From an uncultured Desulfarculus sp. (GTDB lineage: Bacteria > Desulfobacterota > Desulfarculia > Desulfarculales > Desulfarculaceae), in NCBI GenBank assembly GCA_963665125.2, contig CAXXUK010000002.1, positions 448,001 to 512,000 on the forward strand: a stretch of DNA of 64,000 nucleotides. Reading direction: 5' to 3'. The notes beneath the pieces were generated by a model that was not told the DNA's origin, made no database searches, and worked only from the letters and a program-made list of their open reading frames with translations. Below, in pieces: positions 50,696 through 60,320 of this stretch. Made by a program: the position numbers and the translations under genes. Position 1 is the stretch's first letter; each line of letters opens with the position of its first letter.

Positions 50696-52105
50696 ATGGC
50701 CAGCCGCGACAAGACCAATCGCCGCCAGGCCCTGCGTCTGATCGGTTCGGCGGCCGCCGCCGGGTATGTCGGCTTGAACTGGCCCGGTGCGTTGCGTCCG
50801 GCCCACGCCGCGCCCACCCAGAGGCCCAACATCATCTTTATCCTGGGCGACAACCACAATGCCGATGCCATGGGCTGCGCCGGCCATCCGTTTATTGATA
50901 CGCCGGGCATGGACCGCCTGTCCAAGGAGGGCGTGCGCTTTGAAAACACCTTCAACACCACCAGCCTGTGCAGCCCCAGCAGGGCCAGCATCCTCACCGG
51001 GGCCTATGCCCACAACCACGGCGTGAAAAACAACCACACACCATGGACCGGCCAGATGCCCACCTTTTTGGAGAATTTGAGCAAGGCGGGCTACGCCACG
51101 GCGTTTATCGGCAAATGGCACATGCCCGGCCACGGCCTGCCCAAGATGCCGTATCTGGACCTGTTCGTCTCCTACACCCACCGCGAGGGACAGGGTTCGT
51201 ACTTTGACTGCCCGATGATCAAAAACGGCAGGCAGGTAGCCTCCCGGGCGCCGTACATCACCACCGAGGTCACCGACTACGCCATTGAGTTCATACAAAA
51301 GAACCAGGCCCAGCCAGGTGAGCAGCGCAAGCCGTTTTGCATCTATCTGTCCCACCGCCCCGGCCATCCTCCGTTCCAGGCACCAGAGGACATAAAGGGA
51401 AGATACGACCATGCCGACGTCAAGGAAGTCCTGCCCGATAACGTGGATCCGTATTGGTACGGCAAGACCAAGGGCAATGTGTTCCAGGGCGTGATGATGG
51501 GCTCGTATTACGACCAATACCGCAAGTACTGCGAGACGCTCACGGCCATGGACCGCGACATCGTGCGCCTTTTGGATAAACTCGACGAAATGGGCTTGGC
51601 CGAAAACACCATGGTCATCTACATGGGCGACAACGGCATGCAGTGGGGCACCCACGATTGCCACGGCATACGCGAGCCTTATGAGGAATCGGCCAGGCTG
51701 CCATTGATCATCCGGGCCCCCTGGCTGATCAAGGACCCCGGCGCGGTAAGGGGGCAAATGGCCCTGAATATCGACATAGCCCCGACGTTTTTGGAGTTGG
51801 CCGGGGCGGCCATGCCGGGCCATGTGGACGGTCAAAGCCTGGTGCCGCTGCTCGCCGACGCCAAGGCCAAGGGGCGTGATGATTTCTTGATGGAGTTTTG
51901 GCGCTATTTCCCGGAGAACACGCCCAGCTACAAGGGCGTGCGCACCAACCGCTACAAGTACGTCGAATTTGAGCGGGGGCGGGGGCCGTGGTTGTTTGAT
52001 CTGCAAAACGACCCCAAGGAGATGAATAATCTCTACGGAACGCCCGAGGGGGACAAGGTTTTGCCGGGGTTGAGGAAGAGGTTGGGGGAGTATTTGGAGG
52101 GGTAG
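50696..52105 (+). CDS. Tat-exported formylglycine-dependent sulfatase
   Basis: TNRRQAL twin-Arg signal; PNIIFILGD, CSPSRASILTG, GKWH, GDNG motifs. Confidence 0.9.
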   Translation: MASRDKTNRRQALRLIGSAAAAGYVGLNWPGALRPAHAAPTQRPNIIFILGDNHNADAMGCAGHPFIDTPGMDRLSKEGVRFENTFNTTSLCSPSRASILTGAYAHNHGVKNNHTPWTGQMPTFLENLSKAGYATAFIGKWHMPGHGLPKMPYLDLFVSYTHREGQGSYFDCPMIKNGRQVASRAPYITTEVTDYAIEFIQKNQAQPGEQRKPFCIYLSHRPGHPPFQAPEDIKGRYDHADVKEVLPDNVDPYWYGKTKGNVFQGVMMGSYYDQYRKYCETLTAMDRDIVRLLDKLDEMGLAENTMVIYMGDNGMQWGTHDCHGIREPYEESARLPLIIRAPWLIKDPGAVRGQMALNIDIAPTFLELAGAAMPGHVDGQSLVPLLADAKAKGRDDFLMEFWRYFPENTPSYKGVRTNRYKYVEFERGRGPWLFDLQNDPKEMNNLYGTPEGDKVLPGLRKRLGEYLEG

Positions 52106-52342
52106 GAACTTTAATCATCTACTAAAACGTGGTGATTTTGTTTGACCGATATTGTTAGCTGGTTGTAGTATCAGTTAATGCCTATGGGGGTATGACGGCA
52201 TGAGCCACGTTTCGCTCGGTCACGTGCGGGTTTATAAAAACCACATCTTTGAAAATAAATCCCCAATAACGACGTTTAAGAGTCAAGCTAAGCAAAGAAA
52301 ATATACAGGTTTTCAGTGTGCATATATGTGCGAGGATGTTCA

Positions 52343-53230
52343 ATGAGTAAGGGAACGTACTACGTAGGTCGAATTAATAAGGGTGGACGTTTAGATAATA
52401 AAAATTTACTAAAAGCTATCATAAACTCAACAGAAATAACGCATGGTTTATTCAAGTGGTCTATAACAAATATTGAAGAAGGGGAAGTTGATGAAGGGCC
52501 ATATGTTTTTGGTTTTTTGTCTAAATATTATCTAGAGGGCCCCATTAAAATAGTTAATGAAGAAGAAAAAAACCAAGAAGAGTATTCAGCTACTAATTTA
52601 CTACGAGCAAGTAGCCCGTTTGTTTATCTTCCCGACTATGCAGGGATTGCGTATCTGCACGTTTGGGACGGGATACTTAATGAGACGTTTAGAAGTAGGT
52701 TTCAGCAAATAATCAAAGAAACCTTTGGAAATTTTTTTGTTGATTTTACTATTGAGCCAATTATCGATTATAGAACATTTGTGCAGAAGATTATCGGACT
52801 AGATTCCATCCAATCAATAAATGCAACAGTTAGACCACCAAATCCATCATTTGGTCGACTTTGGAAGAATTTAAACGATTATATTATGGAGAGAAACGCA
52901 CGCGAAGTGAATATTAGTGAAAAGGGAAGAGGCATAGAAGGAATCAAATCAAAAATAGCTGATCTGTTATTGCGCATCATTGCAAATAAACTTTATGAAC
53001 CAGACATTCCCCCGGATATTGCCGATGCTGCATTGTTGATGGCAGCTGATGGTTACGGTCATGGAACAATCAAGGGATATGATGGAAATTCAATTAGAAC
53101 AATCAGGACGAGAGAAAACCAAGAAAGCTTTCCGTTTGATAAAGACCCTGTGCCAAGTGAATTGGCATCTCGGTCCGCTTATGTATTTGAAAAAATATCA
53201 AAAAAGAGCGGAATGAGGCATGAAGACTAA
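52343..53230 (+). CDS. AT-rich hypothetical soluble protein (DUF4747-like by motif)
   Basis: GAGGA RBS; 295 aa; RPPNP and AADGYG motifs; composition visibly AT-rich versus flanks. Confidence 0.65.
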   Translation: MSKGTYYVGRINKGGRLDNKNLLKAIINSTEITHGLFKWSITNIEEGEVDEGPYVFGFLSKYYLEGPIKIVNEEEKNQEEYSATNLLRASSPFVYLPDYAGIAYLHVWDGILNETFRSRFQQIIKETFGNFFVDFTIEPIIDYRTFVQKIIGLDSIQSINATVRPPNPSFGRLWKNLNDYIMERNAREVNISEKGRGIEGIKSKIADLLLRIIANKLYEPDIPPDIADAALLMAADGYGHGTIKGYDGNSIRTIRTRENQESFPFDKDPVPSELASRSAYVFEKISKKSGMRHED

Positions 53231-53714
53231 TAAAATATTTTACTGGATTGGTATTTTGTTTCCGCTTCCTGAGGTATTAGTATTATTAATGTTTCCTCTC
53301 ATATTCTTTGTATTTAATCAAGAAATAACTATTTTTATGAGGGATATCGTTTCAATCAAAATATCATCTGATATCTTAAGCAAAATAGCATATGTTCCTC
53401 TAGCGATTATCCCCGTATCTGCCTATTTCGTGATTGGTATCTTATCACCAGATCACGAGGATAAAAAAATCCTGCATAATTGGCAAGATCTTTGGGCTCT
53501 AAGGAGAACCTGCATGTCAGGCCTCGTATACCAAGCACTGTTCGCGGCCATTTCTCTGATTTCACTAGCTGCGTGCAGCTCTCAGAATGTCGAAAGCATG
53601 GAACTTGCTATTATAATTGCAGCGGTAGGGACGGCCTACTCCTCTTTGACATTTTTAAACGCTAAGGTCAGAGTACAAGAGTTTCTGTCTAGAGATAAAA
53701 CCGAGAAACTCTGA
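53220..53714 (+). CDS. AT-rich 4-TM membrane protein coupled to the upstream gene
   Basis: 11-nt overlap with the previous ORF; four hydrophobic helices. Confidence 0.65.
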   Translation: MKTNKIFYWIGILFPLPEVLVLLMFPLIFFVFNQEITIFMRDIVSIKISSDILSKIAYVPLAIIPVSAYFVIGILSPDHEDKKILHNWQDLWALRRTCMSGLVYQALFAAISLISLAACSSQNVESMELAIIIAAVGTAYSSLTFLNAKVRVQEFLSRDKTEKL

Positions 53715-54134
53715 GCGCGCGAATATTGTTTTGGAAGAGGCCCCTCTGGCCGCCGGCTCGCAAAAATATATCTGGCCCTGCTGGAATGTGACCGGCCCCG
53801 CGAGCGGAAATGCCTGTTAAGTTATATCTTCCCTGCCCAGTTGTGGACCGCACTGCTTTTGGCCGCTGCTCCTTGGCTGGGTTTCGATAACGGCGTGAGG
53901 GCGGTGCCCGGAGCGGGTGTCATGGCCGATCGCGCCGGGCGGTGTGCCTATTTACCGGCGTTGCTGTCCCACCCAACCGGCCCCAAACCTTCCACAGAAT
54001 ACGCCCCACACGCCGAGTAATAGCGTAATCCTGCCTGAGGCGGGCGATTCCATCCGCCAACACGCACGGAATACCTACAAACTCCAGCATATCCCAGGGA
54101 ACCTCAGACCCAACTTGAGGCAACGTCATTTGGA

Positions 54135-54340
54135 GGGGGGAGAGGGGGACTGCTAGGCTGGCCAGGACGGCCAGACCGGATTGCCGCAAGGCAATCCGCG
54201 AGCCCCGGATCGGACTTGCTCCGTCCGGGACGCTGCACCTCGGGCCAGGGACGGGCCGAGGTGCAAAAAATCGTAGAGCCGGGGACCACCTTTGTCGAAA
54301 GGGGGTCCCCACTTCCCCCAGGGGAAAACGCCTTTTCCGG
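54135..54340. other. Multi-hairpin structured element (MITE/REP cluster or ncRNA)
   Basis: Five or more strong stems, including CGGATTGCC-GCAA-GGCAATCCG and TGCACCTCGG/CCGAGGTGCA; ends GGGGGAGAGGGGGAC and GTCCCCACTTCCCCC can pair. Confidence 0.5.
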
Positions 54341-54410
54341 GAGACTTGACCCATCGCGGAGTTGGAAAAATGAAGTGCCCCTGCCCCGTGGCTTATTCAT
54401 AGTCGAACAC

Positions 54411-54441
54411 TAGACAATACCGGTGCCAGTGCATACAGTTA
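54411..54441 (+). promoter_or_regulatory. Native hgcAB promoter, separated from hgcA by IS5
   Basis: TAGACA(54411)-N17-TACAGT(54434); the IS target duplication AGTTA overlaps the -10 box. Confidence 0.6.
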
Positions 54442-55728
54442 GAGACCGTTGCACGGCGTCAGCTCCGAGAGTGCACTTTAATTGGTTGCAATAATTGGTT
54501 AAAATGTCCTTAACCATCGTGAATGGAGGGCATCTTTGGCCAATCGGTTCGAGACAAGGCGGGGCGGTTTCGCGGACATGGCCGTGGCCAGCCGCAAACA
54601 GCCCAAAACCTTTCTGGATGATGTAAACCGCATCGTCGATTGGAAGCCCATCGAGGGCTTTCTGAAGAAAAAGCTTCGGCGCCACAAGGACGCGGTGGGC
54701 AATCCGGCTTATCCGCCTCTGGGCATGTTCAAGATTTTGCTGCTGCAACGCTGGCATGACCTGAGCGACCACAAGGCAGCCGAGGCCATGGCCGACCGAA
54801 TTTCCTTTTGCCGTTTCGCCGGTTTTTCGTTGGATCACGAGTCGCCCGACGCCTCCACCATCTGCCGCTTTCGAAACCACCTGCAAGAGCGCGGCCTGCT
54901 GGACAAGCTGTTTAATATGATAAATCAGCAGCTTGAAGCGCAGGGTATTTTGGTGCGCACCGGCTCCAGCGTGGATGCCACCTTGATTCCATCCGCCCGC
55001 CAGCCCCGCAAAAAGCAGGAAGTGATCCTCGATGAACTCGACGACCAAAACGACGATGATGACGACGACCGCCCCACCGGCTACAGCGTGGAAACCACCT
55101 ATTCCGATGACACGGACGCCAAATGGACCAAGAAAGGCAAGAAGTACTGCTATGGCTACAAGGGACACATTGCCGTCGATGGGGAGCACGGGTTTATTCT
55201 GGCTGGCCACGCCACACCGGCCAACCGACCGGATTGCAAGGAATTCATGGCCGTGGTCGACAACGCCAAGCTGAAGAAGGATGCTCCGGTCCTGGCCGAC
55301 AAAGGCTACAGCAGCGCGGATAATCGAAGCCACCTGGAAGAGGCCGGTTACTTTGACTTGATCATGTACAAGGCGGCTCGCGGTCGACCGCTGAGTGATG
55401 CAGAACTCAGAGTGAACAAGGCAATCTCACGGGTGCGCTGCTCGGTGGAGAGGGCATTCGGCAGCATGAAGAAGCACTACGGCCTGGCGCGGGCCAGATA
55501 TTTGGGCCTGGCCAAGATGAACATGCAACTGATGCTATCGGCCATGGCCTTCAACCTGAAAAAGGCCGCGATACTGGCCGGCAGGTGATCAAAGACACCG
55601 GGGGGCAGGATGGGCAGCCAGGTAAAAGCTAGAAAAAACCCAACGAAGCCCGGCCCAACTGCCTACTACACCGAAAAAATCATCTGAAAAGGAAAGTATG
55701 TCAGGACTCGGCTTTACGCAATGGTCTC
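54442..55728 (+). mobile_element. IS5-family insertion sequence with 5-bp target duplication
   Basis: IRL GAGACCGTTGC / IRR revcomp GAGACCATTGC; AGTTA at 54437-54441 and 55729-55733. Confidence 0.92.
54536..55588 (+). CDS. IS5 family DDE transposase (intact)
   Basis: PDASTICRFR, VDAT, GYKGH, ADKGY, VERAFG, ARYLGL motifs; GGAGGG RBS. Confidence 0.93.
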   Translation: MANRFETRRGGFADMAVASRKQPKTFLDDVNRIVDWKPIEGFLKKKLRRHKDAVGNPAYPPLGMFKILLLQRWHDLSDHKAAEAMADRISFCRFAGFSLDHESPDASTICRFRNHLQERGLLDKLFNMINQQLEAQGILVRTGSSVDATLIPSARQPRKKQEVILDELDDQNDDDDDDRPTGYSVETTYSDDTDAKWTKKGKKYCYGYKGHIAVDGEHGFILAGHATPANRPDCKEFMAVVDNAKLKKDAPVLADKGYSSADNRSHLEEAGYFDLIMYKAARGRPLSDAELRVNKAISRVRCSVERAFGSMKKHYGLARARYLGLAKMNMQLMLSAMAFNLKKAAILAGR

Positions 55729-55765
55729 AGTTAATGTATCCACGGACCCTGACCAGGAAAGCGCC

Positions 55766-56917
55766 ATGCAAAACCTTGACTTCCCCATGATGGAATCGGA
55801 GGCCTGCGGCCCCGGCGGCCAGAACCAACAGGTCTGTTGAGGCCCCAAGACAACAGCCCGGGTGGTTGAAGACAAATTCAAGCAAAGTTTCGTTGTCGGC
55901 CGGGTGGAGACGCCCGCCGGGGATGTCCCCCGGGTGGCCACTGCTTGGACCGCCAAAGACCGTATAGGCGGTTTGGGCGTGCGGGTGGGCATCCGGCGGA
56001 TGAACTACGCGGTTACGCCGGGGCTGTATTGCGTTGGTCAGCCGGACAAAGGCTCGCCCGTGCTGGTCTCGGCCAACTACAAGCTCAGCTTTGATCACCT
56101 GCGCCGGGAACTGGGCGGCATCAGCGCCTGGATTCTGGTGCTGGATACCAACGGCATCAATGTTTGGTGCGCCGCCGGAAAGCGTACCTTCGGCACCGAC
56201 ACCCTGGTGGCGGCCATCAGGGCCGGCAACCTGGACCGGGTCGTGGAGCACCGCGCGTTGATAGTGCCCCAGCTCGGTGCGCCGGGCGTGGCGGCCCATC
56301 TGGTCAAGCGGGCCACGGGTTTTACGGTCAAGTACGGCCCCATCCGGGCGGCGGACCTGCCCTGGTATCTGTCCAACGGCCAAAAGGCCACGATTGATAT
56401 GCGCCGCAAGGACTTTGGCCTGGCCGAGCGCCTTGTCCTGGCGCCCATGGAGTTTGTCCCGGCCATGAAGCTGATGCTGCCCGTGGGCCTGTTGCTGGCG
56501 TTGCTTCTGGCGGCCGTTGCGCCCGGCGGGTTCTGGGCCGCCCTGTCCGCAACGGCCTGGCGTCCGATCCTTATTTTGCTGCTGGGTGTCACGGCGGCGA
56601 CGGTGCTGGGCCCGGCCCTATTGACCTGGCTGCCGGGGCGGATGTTCGCGTCCAAGGGCGCTGCTCTGGGCCTGTTGGCGTCCGTTGTCTGCGCCGCGCT
56701 CCTATTGCCGGACGCTTCGTGGGCCTTTATGGCGGGCGGCATATTGATGTCCACCGCCGCGGCTTCGTTTGCCCTGATGAATTTCACCGGCGCGTCGACA
56801 TATACCTCGCTGTCAGGGGTGAAGCGGGAGATGCGTATATGCGTGCCCATGCAGGCCGTCGCCGCCCTTGCCGGAGTCGCTTTGCTCGTAACGGCCTTGC
56901 TGGTGGCCGGGAGATGA
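55766..56917 (+). CDS. hgcA: Mercury methylation corrinoid protein HgcA with Sec-containing N-terminal extension
   Basis: Cap-helix NVWCAAGK, ANYKLSFD, PQLGAPGV, C-terminal TMs with FTGASTYTSLSGV; in-frame upstream ATG 55766 and TGA 55838-55840 give VC-U-GP. Confidence 0.92.
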
Positions 56918-56922
56918 GATCC

Positions 56923-57192
56923 ATGAAAATGACATATCTGAAGGCTGTTACCACCCTTGAGCTTTTCCCGGTAAAGTGCGTGGGCTGCGGCATGTGCCTG
57001 GAGGTCTGCCCCCACGAGGTATTCATCCTGGATGACGGCAAGGCGGCGATATACGAAAAGGACGCCTGCATGGAATGCGGGGCCTGCGCCATGAACTGCC
57101 CGGCCGGGGCCATTGACGTTGACGCCGGGGTGGGCTGCGCTGCGGCCATCATCGCCACGGCCCTGCGCGGCGACAAGGCCGTCTGCTGCTGA
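56923..57192 (+). CDS. hgcB: Mercury methylation ferredoxin HgcB
   Basis: CVGCGMCLEVCP, CMECGACAMNCP, GVGCA and terminal CC, directly after hgcA. Confidence 0.95.
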   Translation: MKMTYLKAVTTLELFPVKCVGCGMCLEVCPHEVFILDDGKAAIYEKDACMECGACAMNCPAGAIDVDAGVGCAAAIIATALRGDKAVCC

Positions 57193-57257
57193 TTGTCGAT
57201 TTTTATTTACACTAAACAAATGTTGTCATATGATCCCCTGAAAAAGTGGAGGGGATT

Positions 57258-57743
57258 ATGATGGTCAAGTATGAAGGCGTGGCCGTGTTCGTGGCCGACA
57301 TGGATGCGTCCAGGCAGTTTTATGAAAAAGTGCTGGGCCAAAAGGTGTTGATGGACAACGGACCCCATGTGGCCTATGAGGGCGGTTTTTCGCTGTGGGA
57401 GGCCAAACACGCCGCCGAGGTGGTTTTCGGCCGGGCTCCGGCTGGGGGCGGCCCCCAAGGCCGGGACAACTTTGAACTATACTTTGAATGCCAAGACATT
57501 GACCTGGCGTGCCGGGCGGTGGAACGAGCCGGTGCGCCCCAGGTCCACCCCGTGGTGGAGCAGCCCTGGGGTCAGCGGGTGGCCCGCTTCCGGGATCCGG
57601 ATGGCCATATGATTGAGCTGGCCGAGCCTCTGCCCCTGGTGGTGCGGCGGTTCCTGGACCAGGGCATGAGCCTGGAGCAGGTGGCGGAAAAGACCTCAAT
57701 GCCCCTGGATTTGGTGCGGCAGATGGCGGCGGCGGAGGGGTAG
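57258..57743 (+). CDS. VOC/glyoxalase family protein
   Basis: VADMDASRQFY, ELYFE, EQPWGQRVARFRDPDGHMIE. Confidence 0.88.
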   Translation: MMVKYEGVAVFVADMDASRQFYEKVLGQKVLMDNGPHVAYEGGFSLWEAKHAAEVVFGRAPAGGGPQGRDNFELYFECQDIDLACRAVERAGAPQVHPVVEQPWGQRVARFRDPDGHMIELAEPLPLVVRRFLDQGMSLEQVAEKTSMPLDLVRQMAAAEG

Positions 57744-57974
57744 GTCGCCTTTGGTTTGCCCGGCGCCCAAGTCCTCGGTCCGGGCAAACCCCGTGGCATA
57801 TTCCGGTAGACCTTCTATGTATTACGGCGCGGGCGTCCAGACCCTGGGCCTATTTTTCTTGCCACGACTGGTCGATGCTGGTAAATGGGTGGCTGCGGCT
57901 GGGTATTGCCTTTGGGGACAACTGGGCCGCATTATTGAAAATATGTGTGTTGTTAATTATTTCGGTAGGCACCC

Positions 57975-60320
57975 ATGAGTAAAACCAACGCCGCCAAGGT
58001 CGCCGGGGAACTGGGCCTGGCCCTGCAACAGGTTGAAGCGACCTCCGCCCTGCTGGATGAAGGCGCGACCGTACCCTTCATCGCCCGTTACCGCAAGGAA
58101 CGCACCGGCTCGCTGGACGAAGAACAGATCCGCGCCGTACGGGACAGACTGTCCCAGCTGGCCGAACTGGACAGCCGCCGGGCGGCGATTATCAAGAGCC
58201 TCACGGAACGTGAGTTGCTGACCCCGGAGTTGGAACAGAAAGTCAACGCCGCCGAGACCATGGCCGTGCTGGAGGACGTTTATCTGCCTTTCCGGCCCAA
58301 GCGCCGCACCAGGGCCACCATTGCCAAGGAGCGGGGCCTGGAGCCCCTGGCCCTGATGATCCTGGCCCAGGATGACGGCACTGACCCCCTGGCCCAGGCC
58401 GCGGCGTTCGTGGACGCCGAAAAAGAGGTGCCCGAAGTGGAGGCCGCCCTGGCCGGAGCACGGGATATCATCGCCGAGATAATCAACGAGGACCAGGACG
58501 CCCGCGCTTCCATGCGCGATCTGTACGAGGTCAAGGGCGTTATCCAGTCCAAGGTGATGACCGGCAAGGAAGAGGCCGGCCAGAAGTTCCGGGACTATTT
58601 CGAATGGTCCGAGCCCTTGGCCCAGGCCCCCAGCCACCGGGTGTTGGCCGTGCGCCGGGGCGAAAAGGAAGAGATGCTCAGCCTGCGCATCTCCCCGCCC
58701 GAGGAAGACGCCATGGCCCTTTTGAGCGGCCGCTTTGTCACCGGCCAGGGACCGTGCTCCGAGCAGGTGAGCCTGGCCGTGAGCGACAGCTACAAGCGGC
58801 TTTTGGGCCCCAGCATGGAGACCGAGGTGCGTCTGAGCTCCAAGAAGCGGGCCGACGAGGAGGCCATCAAGGTGTTCGCCGAAAACGTGCGCACCCTGAT
58901 GATGTCGCCGCCCCTGGGCCAAAAGGCCGTGCTGGCCATCGACCCGGGCTTCCGCACCGGCTGCAAGGTCGTCTGCCTTGACCAGCAGGGCAATATCCTG
59001 GCCAACGATGTTATCAATATCATGACCGACAAGCAACGGGCCGATGCTCTGGACAAGGTGCAAAAGCTCATCGCGGAGCACGGCATCGAGGCCATCGCCA
59101 TCGGCAACGGCACGGCCAGCCGGGAAACCGAGAGCCTTTTCCGGGGCGTTGATCTGCCCGGAGGCATCCCGGTGGTGCTGGTCAATGAATCGGGGGCCAG
59201 CGTGTATTCGGCCTCCAAGCTGGCCCGTCAGGAATTCCCCGACCTGGATGTCAGCGTGCGCGGGGCCATATCCATCGGCCGCCGGTTGATGGACCCCCTG
59301 GCCGAACTGGTCAAGATCGACCCCAAGAGCATCGGCGTGGGCCAGTACCAGCACGATGTGGATCAAAAGTCACTCAAGGAAGGCCTGGAGGACGTGGTAA
59401 TAAGCTGCGTCAACGCCGTGGGCGTGGAACTCAACACGGCCAGCGCCCAACTGCTGAGCTATGTCTCGGGCCTGGGGCCGTCATTGGCCCAGGGCATTGT
59501 TGAACACCGGGCTCAAAACGGGCCCTTCGCCTCGCGTCAGGCCATCCTGGACGTGCCCCGCCTGGGGCCCAAGGCCTTTGAACAGGCAGCGGGTTTTCTG
59601 CGGGTCAGAGACAGTGAAAACCCTCTGGACTCCAGCGCGGTGCACCCCGAGTCCTATCCCATTGTCGAGGCCATGGCCGGGGATTTGGACTGCACGGTGG
59701 CGGACCTGATCAAACAGGCCGAGCTGCGCCGCAAAATCGAACTGGGCCGCTACGCCAACGATGAGGTGGGCCTGCCGACCCTCCAGGACATCATTGCCGA
59801 GTTGGAAAAGCCGGGCCGCGACCCCAGGGAGGGCTTCGAGGCCTTTGCCTTTGCCGAAGGCGTGGAAAAACTCGAAGACCTCGAGCCGGGCATGAAGCTG
59901 CCGGGCATCGTCACCAACGTCACCAATTTCGGCGCGTTCGTGGACGTTGGCGTGCATCAGGACGGCCTGGTGCACATCAGCGAACTGAGCGACGATTTCA
60001 TCAGCGACCCCCGCCAGGCGGTGAAGGTGCAGCAGCAGGTCATCGTCACTGTGATGGAGGTGGATGTGGAGCGCAGGCGCATCTCGTTGTCAATGCGTCC
60101 GGCGCCTGGAGCGCCCCGCCGCCGGCCCGGCTCCAAACCCCAGGACCATGCCGGGGGTGACCGCAGGCCGCCGCGGAGCGACAGGAAAACCAAGGGCAAG
60201 GGAAAGGGCAGGCCCAAGGCCGCCCAACCCGAGGCATCGCAGAAGGACAAGGACAAGAAACAGGATAAACCCTTCAACAACCCCTTTGCCGCCGCCCTGG
60301 GCGATCTTAAGCTCGACTAA
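57975..60320 (+). CDS. tex: Tex family RNA-binding transcription accessory protein
   Basis: ATVPFIARYRKE, IDPGFRTGCK, ESGASVYSAS, SIGVGQYQHD, S1 domain. Confidence 0.93.
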   Translation: MSKTNAAKVAGELGLALQQVEATSALLDEGATVPFIARYRKERTGSLDEEQIRAVRDRLSQLAELDSRRAAIIKSLTERELLTPELEQKVNAAETMAVLEDVYLPFRPKRRTRATIAKERGLEPLALMILAQDDGTDPLAQAAAFVDAEKEVPEVEAALAGARDIIAEIINEDQDARASMRDLYEVKGVIQSKVMTGKEEAGQKFRDYFEWSEPLAQAPSHRVLAVRRGEKEEMLSLRISPPEEDAMALLSGRFVTGQGPCSEQVSLAVSDSYKRLLGPSMETEVRLSSKKRADEEAIKVFAENVRTLMMSPPLGQKAVLAIDPGFRTGCKVVCLDQQGNILANDVINIMTDKQRADALDKVQKLIAEHGIEAIAIGNGTASRETESLFRGVDLPGGIPVVLVNESGASVYSASKLARQEFPDLDVSVRGAISIGRRLMDPLAELVKIDPKSIGVGQYQHDVDQKSLKEGLEDVVISCVNAVGVELNTASAQLLSYVSGLGPSLAQGIVEHRAQNGPFASRQAILDVPRLGPKAFEQAAGFLRVRDSENPLDSSAVHPESYPIVEAMAGDLDCTVADLIKQAELRRKIELGRYANDEVGLPTLQDIIAELEKPGRDPREGFEAFAFAEGVEKLEDLEPGMKLPGIVTNVTNFGAFVDVGVHQDGLVHISELSDDFISDPRQAVKVQQQVIVTVMEVDVERRRISLSMRPAPGAPRRRPGSKPQDHAGGDRRPPRSDRKTKGKGKGRPKAAQPEASQKDKDKKQDKPFNNPFAAALGDLKLD

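Noticed and set aside
53720..54020. Possible degraded membrane-protein gene remnant (KIYLALLECDRPRERKCLLSYIFPAQLWTALLL...)
   Set aside because: No start or RBS and no recognisable family; cannot be supported without a homology search.
54135..54340. Cobalamin riboswitch upstream of corrinoid-dependent hgcA
   Set aside because: Lacks the GGGAA, GCCACTG and GGGAAGG consensus boxes on either strand and lies upstream of the predicted promoter.
55030..55072. GAC/GAT trinucleotide run in the IS5 transposase
   Set aside because: In-frame acidic loop in a variable region; no evidence of phase variation.
57190..57260. Possible Sec read-through of the hgcB TGA after CC
   Set aside because: Terminal CC-stop is normal for HgcB; downstream sequence is AT-rich with no SECIS-like hairpin.
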